Shown here: piece after piece, positions 13,517-24,932 of the stretch
How the letters are laid out: each line of letters begins with the position of its first letter
Numbering within the stretch: position 1 is the first letter of the stretch
Assembly (NCBI RefSeq): GCF_000143415.4
Contig: NW_003314280.1
Location: forward strand, 372,001-436,000
Source: Selaginella moellendorffii
Taxonomy: Eukaryota; Plantae; Lycopodiophyta
DNA: 64,000 nt
Direction of reading: 5' to 3'
Translations under genes and position numbers: made by a program
Notes under the pieces: model-generated
The model's database searches: none
What the model saw: only the letters and a program-made list of their open reading frames with translations
What the model was told of the DNA's origin: nothing

Positions 13517-14784
13517 CAATTCAGTAGCTTGATAAACATGCAAATACAGAACTTGATGCAAAATCCTTTGATATGTCACAATGCCCCTAGGACTATAAAC
13601 ACATTTCAATAGAGAGGGTCCTTTCATTTCATAAACTCCTTACGTAGATCTTGGTGAAACCAGAGTTAGTGAAGTTGGTTTCTTGTGATCCCGCATCTGA
13701 TTGTGATGTCCCTTTGCAGTGTCGATGGAAAGGTCAATGCACACCAAACTATAGAATCTTGGAGGAAAATAACGGTCGGATCTATGGCAAATGCCCCTAA
13801 AACATTGTAAGGCTCGTGTGGTCTCATGTGGTGTCCGATCGAGATGCTTCTTTGTAGGGTCATCAAGAAGGACATTGTATACCATTCTTTATTTAGCTGA
13901 ACATCTGGTATTTTTGGAAATACAAGATGCTTTGGAATATCCAATCATGCATGGTATAAATATAGCGAGGGTATTAAATGATATCCCAATCATGATCTTT
14001 CTTTTGGATTTCGCGTGCATGCAGTCTGAGGAATGATGACATTGCGGATTTCTTTTGGATTTCACGTGCATGCATGCGCGCGGCGATCCAGAAATTAATG
14101 GTGGCGCCCAAGTCCGAGGAATGATGACATGGCGGGATTACCAACTGTCGTGACATTTCGCGCGTGTGAGGTTAGGTTTTGCATTTTGCTTCGTACTCGC
14201 GCTCGCACACTCACGCTCGCATCGCGCTCCCACTCGCGATCACGCTCACATTCGCGCTCATCTACCTTCTCTACAGGTTTCTCGTGTGCATCGGCGTCCA
14301 CTCGCGCTTGCATCACACTCGCGCTCGCATCGTGCTCGTGTGCATCGGCGTCCACTTCAAGACACACCCAATTTGTAACTTCGCCGCCAACTCCGCCGCC
14401 CACTCTGCCACCCACACGCAGCCCACTTGGCGTTCCGGGAGATTTTAGCGCCACTCTCCAACTGTAAGTGGCAGAGTAGCCTTGCTGCTACGATCCGCTG
14501 CACACACAGTGCACATTCGCCAGCGAGTCCGGCCTCGATTGTCACGCTTCCATTCGGCTTCAAATGGTAAGTCTTTTAGGCCAAGTAGAAAATGGCATGA
14601 GGCCACATGCCATTCAATAGCAACATTGGCATGCACCGATTGGGCTCTCGAGTGCAGTCCGGTTACAGATGGCGTGTAGTCTCACGCCATCTTAGGATGC
14701 AGCCTCAAGACATCTGATGCAGTGGTGAATGGCATGTGGCCTCACGTTATTTCCAGCTGCTAGCTTTTCATCTGTCAGCTCTAA

Positions 14785-17700
14785 TTGTTGTGCATTTCAG
14801 AACAGGCGAGGAATTGCGTTCTTCTTCCAGCCACTGTCAATGTGGATGCAGAGAAGGGGGAGGAGCTCACCAGTTGGACTTTCGGGATGGAAAGTGAGGA
14901 TCTGAGGCTATACAACACAGATGGTGGGAGAAAAGAATGCATGGGGATCCTCATCCAAGTGACAGACACTCCATGCAGTTCCATGCAAGAATATAGACTG
15001 GCACTTGTGGTAGAGACAGCGTCCGCCTTCAAGATCCACCTTGCACATCCTAGCGGCTTCCCGGAGGGGGGCAGCGGCTATGAGGAATTCCTAGAGGGAG
15101 CTAGGGAGAGGTTGTCCAGGAGGCCCACAATTTCAAAGACGCTGCGGGTCTATGAAGATCACATGGAATCCACGGACCTCACCTACGGCGATGTTCAAAA
15201 ACTATATTCCAACATTGAGCCGTTGAGAGTGCCTCCAGTTCGCGAAGCGAAGGGGAAGGGGGTCGATCTGGAAACTACCCCGAAGCAGAAAAGGGTGGTC
15301 AAGCTCAAGCCGACGTCTGACTCTCCTGCTCCAAAAAAGAAGCTACTCGGTGATGCCATTGCCTCGTGTTCGAACACTACACCCACCAAAAAGAAGAGCC
15401 GCAAAGAGCAGAAAGAGCAAGAAGAGGCAACAAAAATCGTCACAGATAATAGTACTTGTTACTATTCCAACAAAGTATATACAATCGACGTGAGCCGACA
15501 TCCAAAGCAAATACAACCACAGGCTAGTATCTGATGAGTGGGTGGAGAAACTGAAGCAGAAGATGCTGGCAAGTCCAGTAACACCCGACATCGCAGACGT
15601 GATCCCCTACTACCGAACAATGAAGGGCGAGACGAGGTTTCCAGACTTGATCAATAGGAAGGTGTTGGACGATCAGAACATCCGGTTCTATGCCGTCTCC
15701 GGGCAGCATTCTAGCTTGGCGATGCAAGAGATAGTTGTGGATATTATGGTGGGCGAGGAGGTGAAGAAAGTCTTCAAGACAAGAGTTGTCGGCCTGATAA
15801 AAAGCAACTCGCCCCTCCGGTCTATCATATGCATCTCTCACGCGCAGAATGTCAAGCAAGAAACGTGCTACAAATCGGGTCTGCATGAGACATTGCACGA
15901 ACACGGAAGCTCTGGGTTCAACTGAAGAAGCCACAAAAACCAGGACAAGGGCGTGCACTAGCAACTAGCGCCTGGCAGGTAAGCCTCGTTGCATGTGGCA
16001 TAGCATGTGGCCTCACGCCATTTCCATTGCAGGAATTCTCGAGTCTTCTCTCGAAAACACTGGGGGTCAATGACACACTCAGCATCCATAACATTCTACT
16101 CGCGACAAAAGTTGTTTTTGACAAATGGGTAGATGTGCTGAGAAGGGTGCAAGAATATGCAGAAACCATGTTAAGACAGTCGGGTGAGGATACGGTCCTA
16201 GGTCACGCACTAAAACAGGCTATGGATGTCTTGTATTTTGAGATGGAGACTCGGCTAGATGATTTTCCCAAGATGCTCCTGGAAGAACAAGCCATCCAGC
16301 CTGAGCAGCCTATGGAAGAAATGTAGAAGGGGGATGAGGAGCCAGAGAAAGATAATGAGCAAGAAGAGCAGAAGGATGAAGAGGAGGACAAAGAAGAGGA
16401 GGACGAAGAGGAGGAGGACGAAGAGGACTTGGATGGTCCTCACAATGGTGACAATCACAATAACGACGACGACGATGATGACGATGATGGCCAACCTGAG
16501 GTGGCCAAAGAGCAACGGAGGAAGGTCATACAAGACAAGCCATCAGGTAAATAATAGTACATCCATTCCTAACCTTTTACCATTTCTAACATTGTCCATG
16601 TAGGTCACAGATTAAATGGTAAGTAGAGATTATTCAGTTGAATTAAGATACAAACTCTAGCCTTTAGTGTCGAGGAAGGATAGTGCCAAGCAAGGGTCGA
16701 AATGTATGTCCAATCCTTCAGAATCAGCAGTGTGCCCAAGTGATATCGGTCCTAGTTCCTCAATAGCAGTTGATGGTAAATACAGTATAGTCGATTCAAT
16801 GTGCTAATGAGTTTGTTTTTAGTAGCACGGGAGGATACCATCTCAATCAAAGGGAGATATTTGGATATGCATATGGATCCGCCAGTGGACTCTACTTGCC
16901 TACAAGAGTCATCAGAGCTGGTGGAGGCTACTATCCATATCAACGCCAAGCAAGCTGACCACGCTCCACTTGATGCTGCCCATACCATTGAGTCAATCTT
17001 GTCCACGTATCCAACTGACGGTGACCAGGCGCCATTGGACCCACATGAGGCCGCCCCAGCCGCCGAGCCGGTTGTATCCTCATTTCCAACAGACTCAACG
17101 TGTGCCCAATCGTCTGACTACGCGCCGTTGGAACCTCCCTACACCGCCCCTGCTGCCTGTTCGGTCATGTCCACTTTGCCAACGGAGGCACCAGCTGAAA
17201 TGGCGTGTGATCACACGCCATCGGAACCACCCCATGCCACTGTTGAGCCAGTTGTATCAGAGTCTACAGCTGAAATGGCATGTGCCCACACGCCATCGGA
17301 TGCGATTAACCCCACATTGCAGAGGAGAGTATTTCCGCCCTTCACGTTTCCTCGACCAAAACCCTCTCAACGACCATCGGGAGCACCATTCGCTAATATT
17401 GTAGATGGTAAAATTGACTTGTACCATTTTTTATGCTGACGCATTTCATTTCAGAGTCACGGCGAAGGTACTGTATTGTTTTTGATCTGAACGGTGTCCT
17501 TTTCTCCCATGAGTGTGGCTCGTCCTCGAATGTCACTGCACCCTCCAAAGCCTGCGGTCGCAAGTTGGTCAAAAGAGACAGATTCACATTAATCACACGG
17601 GAGAAACTGCGGGATCTAATAATGACCATGCGACACTTAAAACAGAAGGCCGGGTTCAATTTGCAATTGGGAGTTTGGACATCCATGATGCGCCACAATG

Positions 17701-18317
17701 CATTAACGTTGCTACAGATGATGCACGATCAGACGCGAGTAATATTACCATTTGACTTTCTCTTAACGCAGGAGGATTGCTTGACTATGGTCCATGTGAG
17801 GGGTAGCAAGCCCATCTTCGTCAAGCCAGAGGCTGTAGTGATGAACCGGACTGCTAGGTCAAGTGAAATCCTCATCATCGATGACTCGCCGATTAAAACT
17901 GCAGCGAACACGCACACATATGCAGTGCACCCCATCTCTTGTAGTATGGAAACTAGGGAGAGGAAACCGTATGTTCTGGGGGACCTTGCAAAACGGCTTG
18001 GAGCGATGGTGATAGAGAACCGGCCAGTCTAGGAGGTGCCTGCAGAAATCAACCAAATGGCAGATGGAACGGTATATCAGAAGCCATTTGATCGGACAGA
18101 CACCAGTCATCATTTATGGCATGTATATTATCTAGCCAAGCACTATCCGCATCTCCATAATCTGCTCAACCGGATGGGTTCTTCGACCACTGAACATGAG
18201 CGTGGACGTATTAGAGAAGAGATGGCATTACTATTGGGTTTAAATTCTGATAGTGTGGAGAGTGATGAAATTCCAAAATTATTGTATAGGCGTTGGAGGC
18301 AAAAAATAACAATCTGA
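14785..18317 (+). pseudogene. Transposon cargo gene (multi-exon, disrupted): ParB/Srx-like region + acidic tract + FCP1/NIF HAD phosphatase-like domain
   Basis: ORFs 14785-15534, 15542-15925, 16027-16326, 16801-17439 and 17433-18317, linked by GT-AG introns (15979-16032; 17408-17454, in phase) and a frameshift near 15495. Motifs YNHRLVSDEWVEKLK...FYAVSGQHSSLA and CIVFDLNGVL...GVWTSMMRHNA...LTQEDC...ILIIDDSPIK. In-frame TAG stops at 16324 and 18030. May be one gene or two. Confidence 0.65.
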
Positions 18318-21300
18318 GATGGCATGTATTTATTTAAAAATGTAACTTATTATGGCATGGGGTTCCATGCCATTGTATTAATATTAAAAGACAATTCTTT
18401 GAGAGGATTTGCATTATACTAGAAGTGTTACAGCATGTTATTGGAAGTCTACGAAGTTGTTTTATTAATAAGGGAAAAGTAAAGATTGAATGGGGACTTG
18501 GGCTCCACCTAGACTCGGAGCAACTGAGCCAATATTAAAAGGATGGAAAGAAATTGGACGACGATGACAAGGAGAAGAGAGAGGTGAAGCAGTGGCAAGG
18601 GGAGGAGAAGTGATTGAGTAGACATTTCCTTATTTAAAATAAAATGGCATGTGCCTCAATGCAGTTGAATTTTGTTATATTTATATACTATATAAAGGTT
18701 TGGAAACCTTATTTTACAAGTGGGATAATGACAATTCCCACTTTAACGAAATAGAGCTTAATAGGACTTATGGAGGTTGTGAGTGAGACTCCTCCAATTG
18801 GTCGGAGGTGTGGTTAAGTGACTAAAGTAGAATGGAAAAATTAGTCGCTTACAACTTGGTATCGGAGCTGTTCCTTAGTCCGACTTTTATTGGTGCTCAA
18901 GTATATTACCATTGATATTGGCATCGGAAGGTCCTAGGAGTGGGCCTATCCTGGAGGAGTAGCATGTCGAGAGGACATGGCTCTCCACTCAAGTTCATGC
19001 GTGAACTTGGGCGCGATGTGGTGGATAGAAAAGGGGCCAATAAGGGAACGACTTTGGGATCTTGGGAACAGTATAAGGGTTTCCTCAGAGAGTTGAGGAT
19101 GTGATCCACATGAGCGTTTGACTTAGCAAACTGGCTGATGTAGTTGTGGTAAACAACTACATTTGGGATCACAGGAAAGATGCAGACTCCAAAATAATAA
19201 AGGAGTCACAAGATAATCCGCACATAGTTGAGGCTGGTGCTCGTGAATTTGATACTAGAATTGATGACCATGAGAGGTCAAGTACGGATGAGGGCAAGAG
19301 CCCTCGAAATGGTAGCTAGGGCTACCTTTTATAAATGCTGAAACGAACCCAAGGAGTTGGGGGTGTGCTCAAAGAATGAGTCAGCATTCTCATCATGGGG
19401 ATGGATAGTCCTAAGGGGCAAAAGGCAGCCCACAGAGAACGGGAAATAATGAAATATTGGAGTAACACTTGAAAAATGGTCCTTATGAGTAGGACATGAA
19501 TACATGAAGTTATATTCGAGTGAGCTGACACCTCAAAAATAAGACCTTATGGGTCATTGGTTTAGCGAAGTTCAAAAATGCTGGATGACTCAAGTGGGGT
19601 CAAGGAATGGTCCTAAGGGATTGGTTGAAGCATTTAGATTGAGGTGTATGCTGCCCTATGAGGTATGGGGAGGATCATAAAATTCAAGTATGAGAACAGA
19701 AGATATCTCATTGATGGTAGAATGTGCCATACTAAAGTTGTGGGAAAGATGTTCCCAGAAGAAAGCAACTTTGGCCCAGAGTTGGGGACAAACATTATGG
19801 TGCGGTGCTAATGAATAGTTAGCATGAGGCACAACTATATTGGTCTTGGCAAAGACCTAGACACTAATAAGTAGTGTCATAAGGATAGGCTCATGGGGCC
19901 AATGGTGTGGAGACACCAAATGTGCCAAGGTGTGATACCTTGAGGTTATGTTAGTGGGTTCATAAGAACCCCTTACCAAAGGGGAATCCTAATAGAAATG
20001 GGGATGGCATAGCCTAAGCTGGAAGGCATGTGGTAGAGTGTGGTGACCAAAACAATGATGGAGGTGTGGAAGCACCAACAATGAGTTGTAGGACTTGACA
20101 ACTATGAGGCAACTAAGCAAAAGGTGCAAGATAATTGGTCAAACTGGTAGAAGGTAGCTACCCAAGACTTCTTAATGGCATAAAGAAGTTAGATATACCT
20201 TTATGAGGGATAAATTGCTTATGTTGCGATATAGTAAGTCAATGTCATAAAAGGGAATGCTCATTGCCAAACAGGCTATCATTTGGAACACCAAAACACT
20301 CTAGGACACCGGGAGGTGGTGTTTGATGTTGCGAGGGCAATAGATAAGGCCCAAGGGACTAAGTCCCTAATGAATGATGGATAGAAAGTGCTATCCAAAT
20401 GTCCAAGGTTGCGGAGACGGGAGAAGATTGTCTACCCAAATTGGACAAAGCCAAAGATTGAATTTTGGCAAGGCTAGTGATGGGCATGTAAATGCCCATA
20501 AGCAACAACGTTAATCCCGGTGTATGGGGATTATAAGGTGAGCATACCTGGATTGAAGAACCACTCCCTAAGATATCGGGTAAGTTCATCCCTAAGAATA
20601 TTTGCTAAGGCATAATAGAAAGTGCAAAGCTATCCTCCTAGTCTGGAGGAGAATGACCGAAGGAAAGGTGTGAAGCCAAAAGCAAGTAGTAAGGGGATAG
20701 AACCAAACCAAAGGAATTGAAGGGCATAATCAAGGGTGGTTATGCTAATTGGGAGTGGAGAATCAAGTGGGGGCTCGAGGGTGTTGTTGCTAGCAACCGT
20801 GATATCGTGGAGGGTCTAAAATATAGAATTTTCCATATTAGACTATATGGCAACTAGAAATCTTGCGAAAAGGAAGGCCTTAGCAAGCTAAGGGACATAG
20901 TTCCTTCAAAAATTCCCAAAGACAATTCTAGGTAGCTTAGTACCTAGAAAGCCAAGCGTAAATGGTTCCTAGAGCGCATGAAATCAGAATGGCGGAGCAG
21001 AAGCGTGTTCTTAAAGCTGGCCATGAGGCGAGGCTATCAAGGTTGGGGAAGTGGTTTTCGAGTGTTCAAAGAGAGGGCTTTGAGTGAAATTCGATGGTTA
21101 AGGACTTTCACGCTTATGCAGGAACCATATTACGGTGGCTGGATGACTTGCTAAGTGAGATTGGCAAGTCAGGGGGACAAATCCTCTAGTTGAATGTGCT
21201 AACTTCAAAGGGGTGGCCCATGGGGCCGAGTGTGGAGGAGTCCATGCATGATCATAGGCTTGTCAAGTGAGAGGACTTGGCAGTGCAGGGGAACTAGGTT

Positions 21301-21819
21301 CTTAAGTTGTGATCTATAGCGCGCTTTAAATATAAGTTGGTGCACCGGCGTGGGGAGTCACGCCAGGCATCTAAGGTGATGCCATCCGTAGATGCATATA
21401 CGGAGGTTGGGTTCGAGTCCCGACCCTCTAGTGCTTGGGTTCGAGTCCCAAATCACTAGGGCGTGGTGATGGTTTGGAATATGAGGACACTCATATTTCA
21501 GTGGTCATGGACTCTCAGTGAGGAGACTGGTTTGGGCACACCGCCAAGCGAGGGATGCCTCGGAGTCGTGATGCACGGTTAGATTGCTTAGAGTGAAAGC
21601 TCGGCATATCTAACTTGAACACTTTGGTGCAAAGGGCACTAAGGACGTGGTGAATGAGATGGGGACACCCAGTCTCAGTTGCTATGGATCCTTGGCCGGA
21701 AGGGCCGACTTGGGCACACCGCCAAGTGTGGGGGATGCCCCCGGGGTCATAGTCAACAACTTAGAAGGGTCTGGAAGACCTAGTTCCTATTAGTAGACCT
21801 ATTAAGGGGTCAAGATGAG

Positions 21820-22245
21820 TGTGAGACACAAAATCCCTAGGCCCCAAAGTGGAGCCGGAAGGGTGCCATGTGGTAGTGGCCGAAGCGAAAGCCAAACAAG
21901 CGTAACACGTTTGGACTAAAAGCTCCGACTTCAAAGGACGAGAGCGGGAGTGGAACTCCCAACAAAGTGCTCAAGGAATGAGCACGAAGCGAGCCATAAG
22001 CGAGGCTTTACAAAGGGACCCAAAGGGACCAACATATGACACGTGGAAGAGTCCAAGATGAAGTCTGAGATGGATCCGAGATGGAGTCCGAGATGGACCC
22101 GAGATGGAGTCCGAGATGGAGTCCGAGATGGATCCGAGACGGGACCGAGATGGATCCGAGACGGGACCGAGATGGAGTTCGAGATGGACCCGAGATGGAG
22201 TCCGAGATGGACCCGAGATGGAGTCCGAGATGGAACTGAGACCGG

Positions 22246-22300
<55 letters not shown>

Positions 22301-22412
22301 TCCGAGTCCGAATCCAGGACCGAGACCGAGTCCGAGTCCGAGTTCGAGTTCGAGTCCGAGTCCGAATACTAATACAGGCAATTGGGTGAAAGCCCAAAGC
22401 GTGCGTCTCCTA

Positions 22413-22443
<31 letters not shown>

Positions 22444-23691
22444 CGGGGGTTCCCAAAATTTTTAAGGGGGGGGGGGGGGGTTGGGCCCCCCGGGGGCCCT
22501 TTTTGCCCGAAAAAGCCCTTTTTGCCCCAAAAGGCCCAACCCCGTGTTGGGTGATGAGCTGACCACTGGGGAAGTCCAAGACTAGAGTGAACACAGACCG
22601 ACAAGCGGGGTAGCTTAGTGAAGTGTTCAAGAGCCGGCTCTAGTTCCCCCGGGAGATCGACTGGCCGATGCTCCCAGTCCAAGTGTGGGTGGCACTACCT
22701 ACTTGGATACCAGGCGTGGCTCAACGGAACCTCGCTCTAAGCCCATGGCTAGAGCACCTAAAGGGGGAGGACTGTAGTGGAGCCAGTTTGGCTAGGAAAG
22801 GCCAGTTTGGCCCAGGAAGGCCAGACCCAGTGTTAGGTGATGAGCTGACCACTGGGAAGTCCAAGACTAGAGTGAACACAGACCGACAAGCGGGGTAGCT
22901 TAGTGAAGTGTTCAAGAGCCGGCTCTAGTTCCCCTGGGAGATCGACTGGCCGATGCTCCCAGTCCAAGTGTGGGTGGCACTACCTACTTGGATACCAGGC
23001 ATGGCTCAACGAAACCTCACTCTAAGCCCATGGCTAGAGCACCTAAAGGCGAAAGGTGGGGAGAGTACCCACAGGGCTTGCGTAGGCCCACGGTGTTCCG
23101 AAATGTTGTCCCGGAGTCCCAAATGGGGGAAAGGAGGAGGAGCAGTCCTCTAGTGTAGTGACTAAGGATACAGTCACATGGTGAGGAAGTCCCAGAGGAC
23201 CATGGGACTTAGTGGTCGGGCCTGTGGGCCTTGATCTAGTGGCAGTGTCGGCGAACATGGCCATGGACAGTAAAGGGACTTGGTGGGGACCAGGAAAGGG
23301 ACATTGGGGGAAGGCTATTCCCCATGTCTGTCGGCATCCTAAGGATGCTAAGGAGTGGATCTGGGATGATCACTCATGAACGGATGGCCCAATCTTTGAG
23401 AGACGGGATTGTGATGGAGGTGGTGTCAGACCACCGGTGTGACCAAGGTGAATGGGCATGGCCTTAGCGTAATGGGCTGACATGTTGGTGGTACCTTGGA
23501 GTGTCGGTCATGGGATCGGTCACGTGGAGCACTTGGACCAAGTGCAAAGGTTGAGTGGCAGGGATGCCATTCTCGGGGCTAGCAAGCCCAAGTTTGAAAT
23601 AGGACTTATGGAGGTTGTGAGTGAGACTCCTCCAATTGGTCGGAGGTGTGGTTAAGTGACTAAAGTAGAATGGAAAAATTTGTCGCTTACA
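21820..23691 (+). repeat. 3' LTR of element B
   Basis: TGTGAGACAC...GCTTACA; high identity to the 5' LTR outside the minisatellite. Contains an apparent 285-bp duplication. Confidence 0.93.
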
Positions 23692-24206
23692 CTTCATGCA
23701 TATTTGTATGGTTCTCAGATATTACTAAAAAGTGATCATGCTGTAGTTACTTTGTTATTAAAGTAGAAAAACTTAATTGGTCATACTACTCAATAGGCTT
23801 TAAAGGTTCAAATATATGATTTTGAATTTGTTTATCACCCAAAGAGTTCTATGGCTAATGTTGACACCTTTTCTTAAGTTCCTCTCCCTTCTTCACTCTC
23901 TTCTTTTGTTTCTAATGAACCTATTATTTTAGCATTTGTGGAATTTTTGGATGAGGATTCCATGTTATTAGCAGTTGCTATATTTAATGTTCAGTGTTCA
24001 TAAAATGTAGAGCAAGATTTGCCTTCTCTTGACGAGGTTGATAAGGCTTAAAAGGTTGAGCTATGAATCCAAAGGCTTCGTGAGGGGGTTTAAGAATCTT
24101 GTATGATTTATTGATGACTTTTCGTTTTAGCATTTACGTTCTTAATATCGCCTTGAGGACAACCTTTTTTATTTTGTGGGAACGGATCCTAATGATCATT
24201 TATAGC
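23692..24206 (+). pseudogene. pol: Decayed gypsy pol of host element H, part 2 (RNase H C-terminal region)
   Basis: Reads on across the TSD: (K)LHAYLYGSQILLKSDHA...ALKVQIYDFEFVYHPK...NVDTFS. Confidence 0.8.
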
Positions 24207-24420
24207 TGTATCAACCAAAAACCCAGGCTCAGGGGACTCTGACCTTGAACCCAAGGCTGTATTGGAGCCATAGATTAAATTATGCACAGCATATAGTATA
24301 TGCTTGTAGTTAGAACCGCTAGCCTTTCAAAGGGGGGAATCTGAATTGTGGATCTCTATCTCCATTCTATCATTTTTCTTATCAATACACAATATTCTCT
24401 TACTCATGCTTCTTCTCAGT

Positions 24421-24932
24421 TGTAGCACACTTTATTTCTCTCCCCTTAAGCCAATTAGAAAAGGGGCAATTGCTTGATGAGAGAGCCCTTAGTGGCTATT
24501 TTATCCCCATTTATCCCCCAAGGTTCCAATGATCCACAATGACAGTATATCCAAATCTCATCCCATGATCACATATGCTACACTCACCCCCCCTTCAGAG
24601 ATGTCAATGTCCTCATTGACTATTGACTAACAACCCTTATTGAGCCAAAGGGAACCAGCACCTCCATTTCCACATTGAATCTACTAATCCTTCCATTGTG
24701 TAGACTAGCTATTCCATGTGAAGCAACTAGTCATCCACCCGTACTGCAGTCCCACGATGGATACCTTCGTCCGTGGATACTCCACACAAGAGAAAGGACA
24801 TACGCATGGATGCCCAATACGTACAATTTCAAATTTAGGGGTAGGAATATACCTTGCTCAAGGGTATATTATATTTTTAAATAGCCACTAATCAATGGGA
24901 ATCGAACCTGTGCCATTTGCTCCGATACCAAC
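24421..24932 (-). mobile_element. TRIM copy with a single TRIM LTR (24421-24582) plus PPT, internal region and PBS, fused to a D-family LTR
   Basis: Near-identical to 36841-37352. At 24933 TGTAGCGCAC continues as D-LTR sequence instead of TRIM LTR. Confidence 0.88.

Larger units (their letters stand above)
8828..18663. repeat. Dispersed 20-bp palindromic motif TGGCRTG-N6-CAYGCCA, ~20 copies, seen only inside the DNA transposon
   Basis: Copies start at about 8828, 9144, 9234, 9288, 10621, 10678, 12280, 12350, 12386, 12447, 13059, 13134, 14593, 14670, 14730, 16001, 17201, 17276, 18353 and 18645. Confidence 0.9.
8601..18759 (-). mobile_element. 10,159-bp TIR DNA transposon, Sola-like (probably Sola1), with cargo
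   Basis: TIRs ATGCTCTATTTCGTTAAAGTGGGA (8601-8624) and TCCCACTTTAACGAAATAGAGCTT (18736-18759). 4-bp TSD AATA (8597-8600, 18760-18763), confirmed against the empty site in the 3' LTR. Encodes a DDD transposase. Confidence 0.9.
6987..18853 (+). repeat. 5' LTR of element B, split into 6987-8600 and 18760-18853 by a DNA transposon
   Basis: Collinear with 21820-23691. The uninterrupted 3' LTR reads GTTTGAAATAGGACTT at the insertion point. Confidence 0.92.
6987..23691 (+). mobile_element. Non-autonomous LTR retrotransposon B (LARD-like), complete, 5-bp TSD CTTCA
   Basis: TG...CA ends. TSD CTTCA at 6982-6986 and 23692-23696. 5' LTR 6987-18853 (interrupted), PBS TGGTATCGGAGC 18857-18868, purine tract before the 3' LTR 21820-23691. 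The ~3-kb internal region has no recognisable intact ORF. Confidence 0.93.

Noticed and set aside
8828-18663. Palindromic repeats as a CRISPR array
   Set aside because: Irregular spacing from tens of bp to kb, no spacer structure, no cas genes, eukaryotic context.
21347-21450. Bona fide tRNA gene
   Set aside because: No convincing acceptor stem or 7-nt anticodon loop, and two T-arms; kept only as a tRNA-like finding.
22413-22760. 285-bp tandem duplication with poly-G/poly-C in the 3' LTR
   Set aside because: The first copy is homopolymer-smeared right after a long G run, typical of poor Sanger read quality; likely an assembly artefact.
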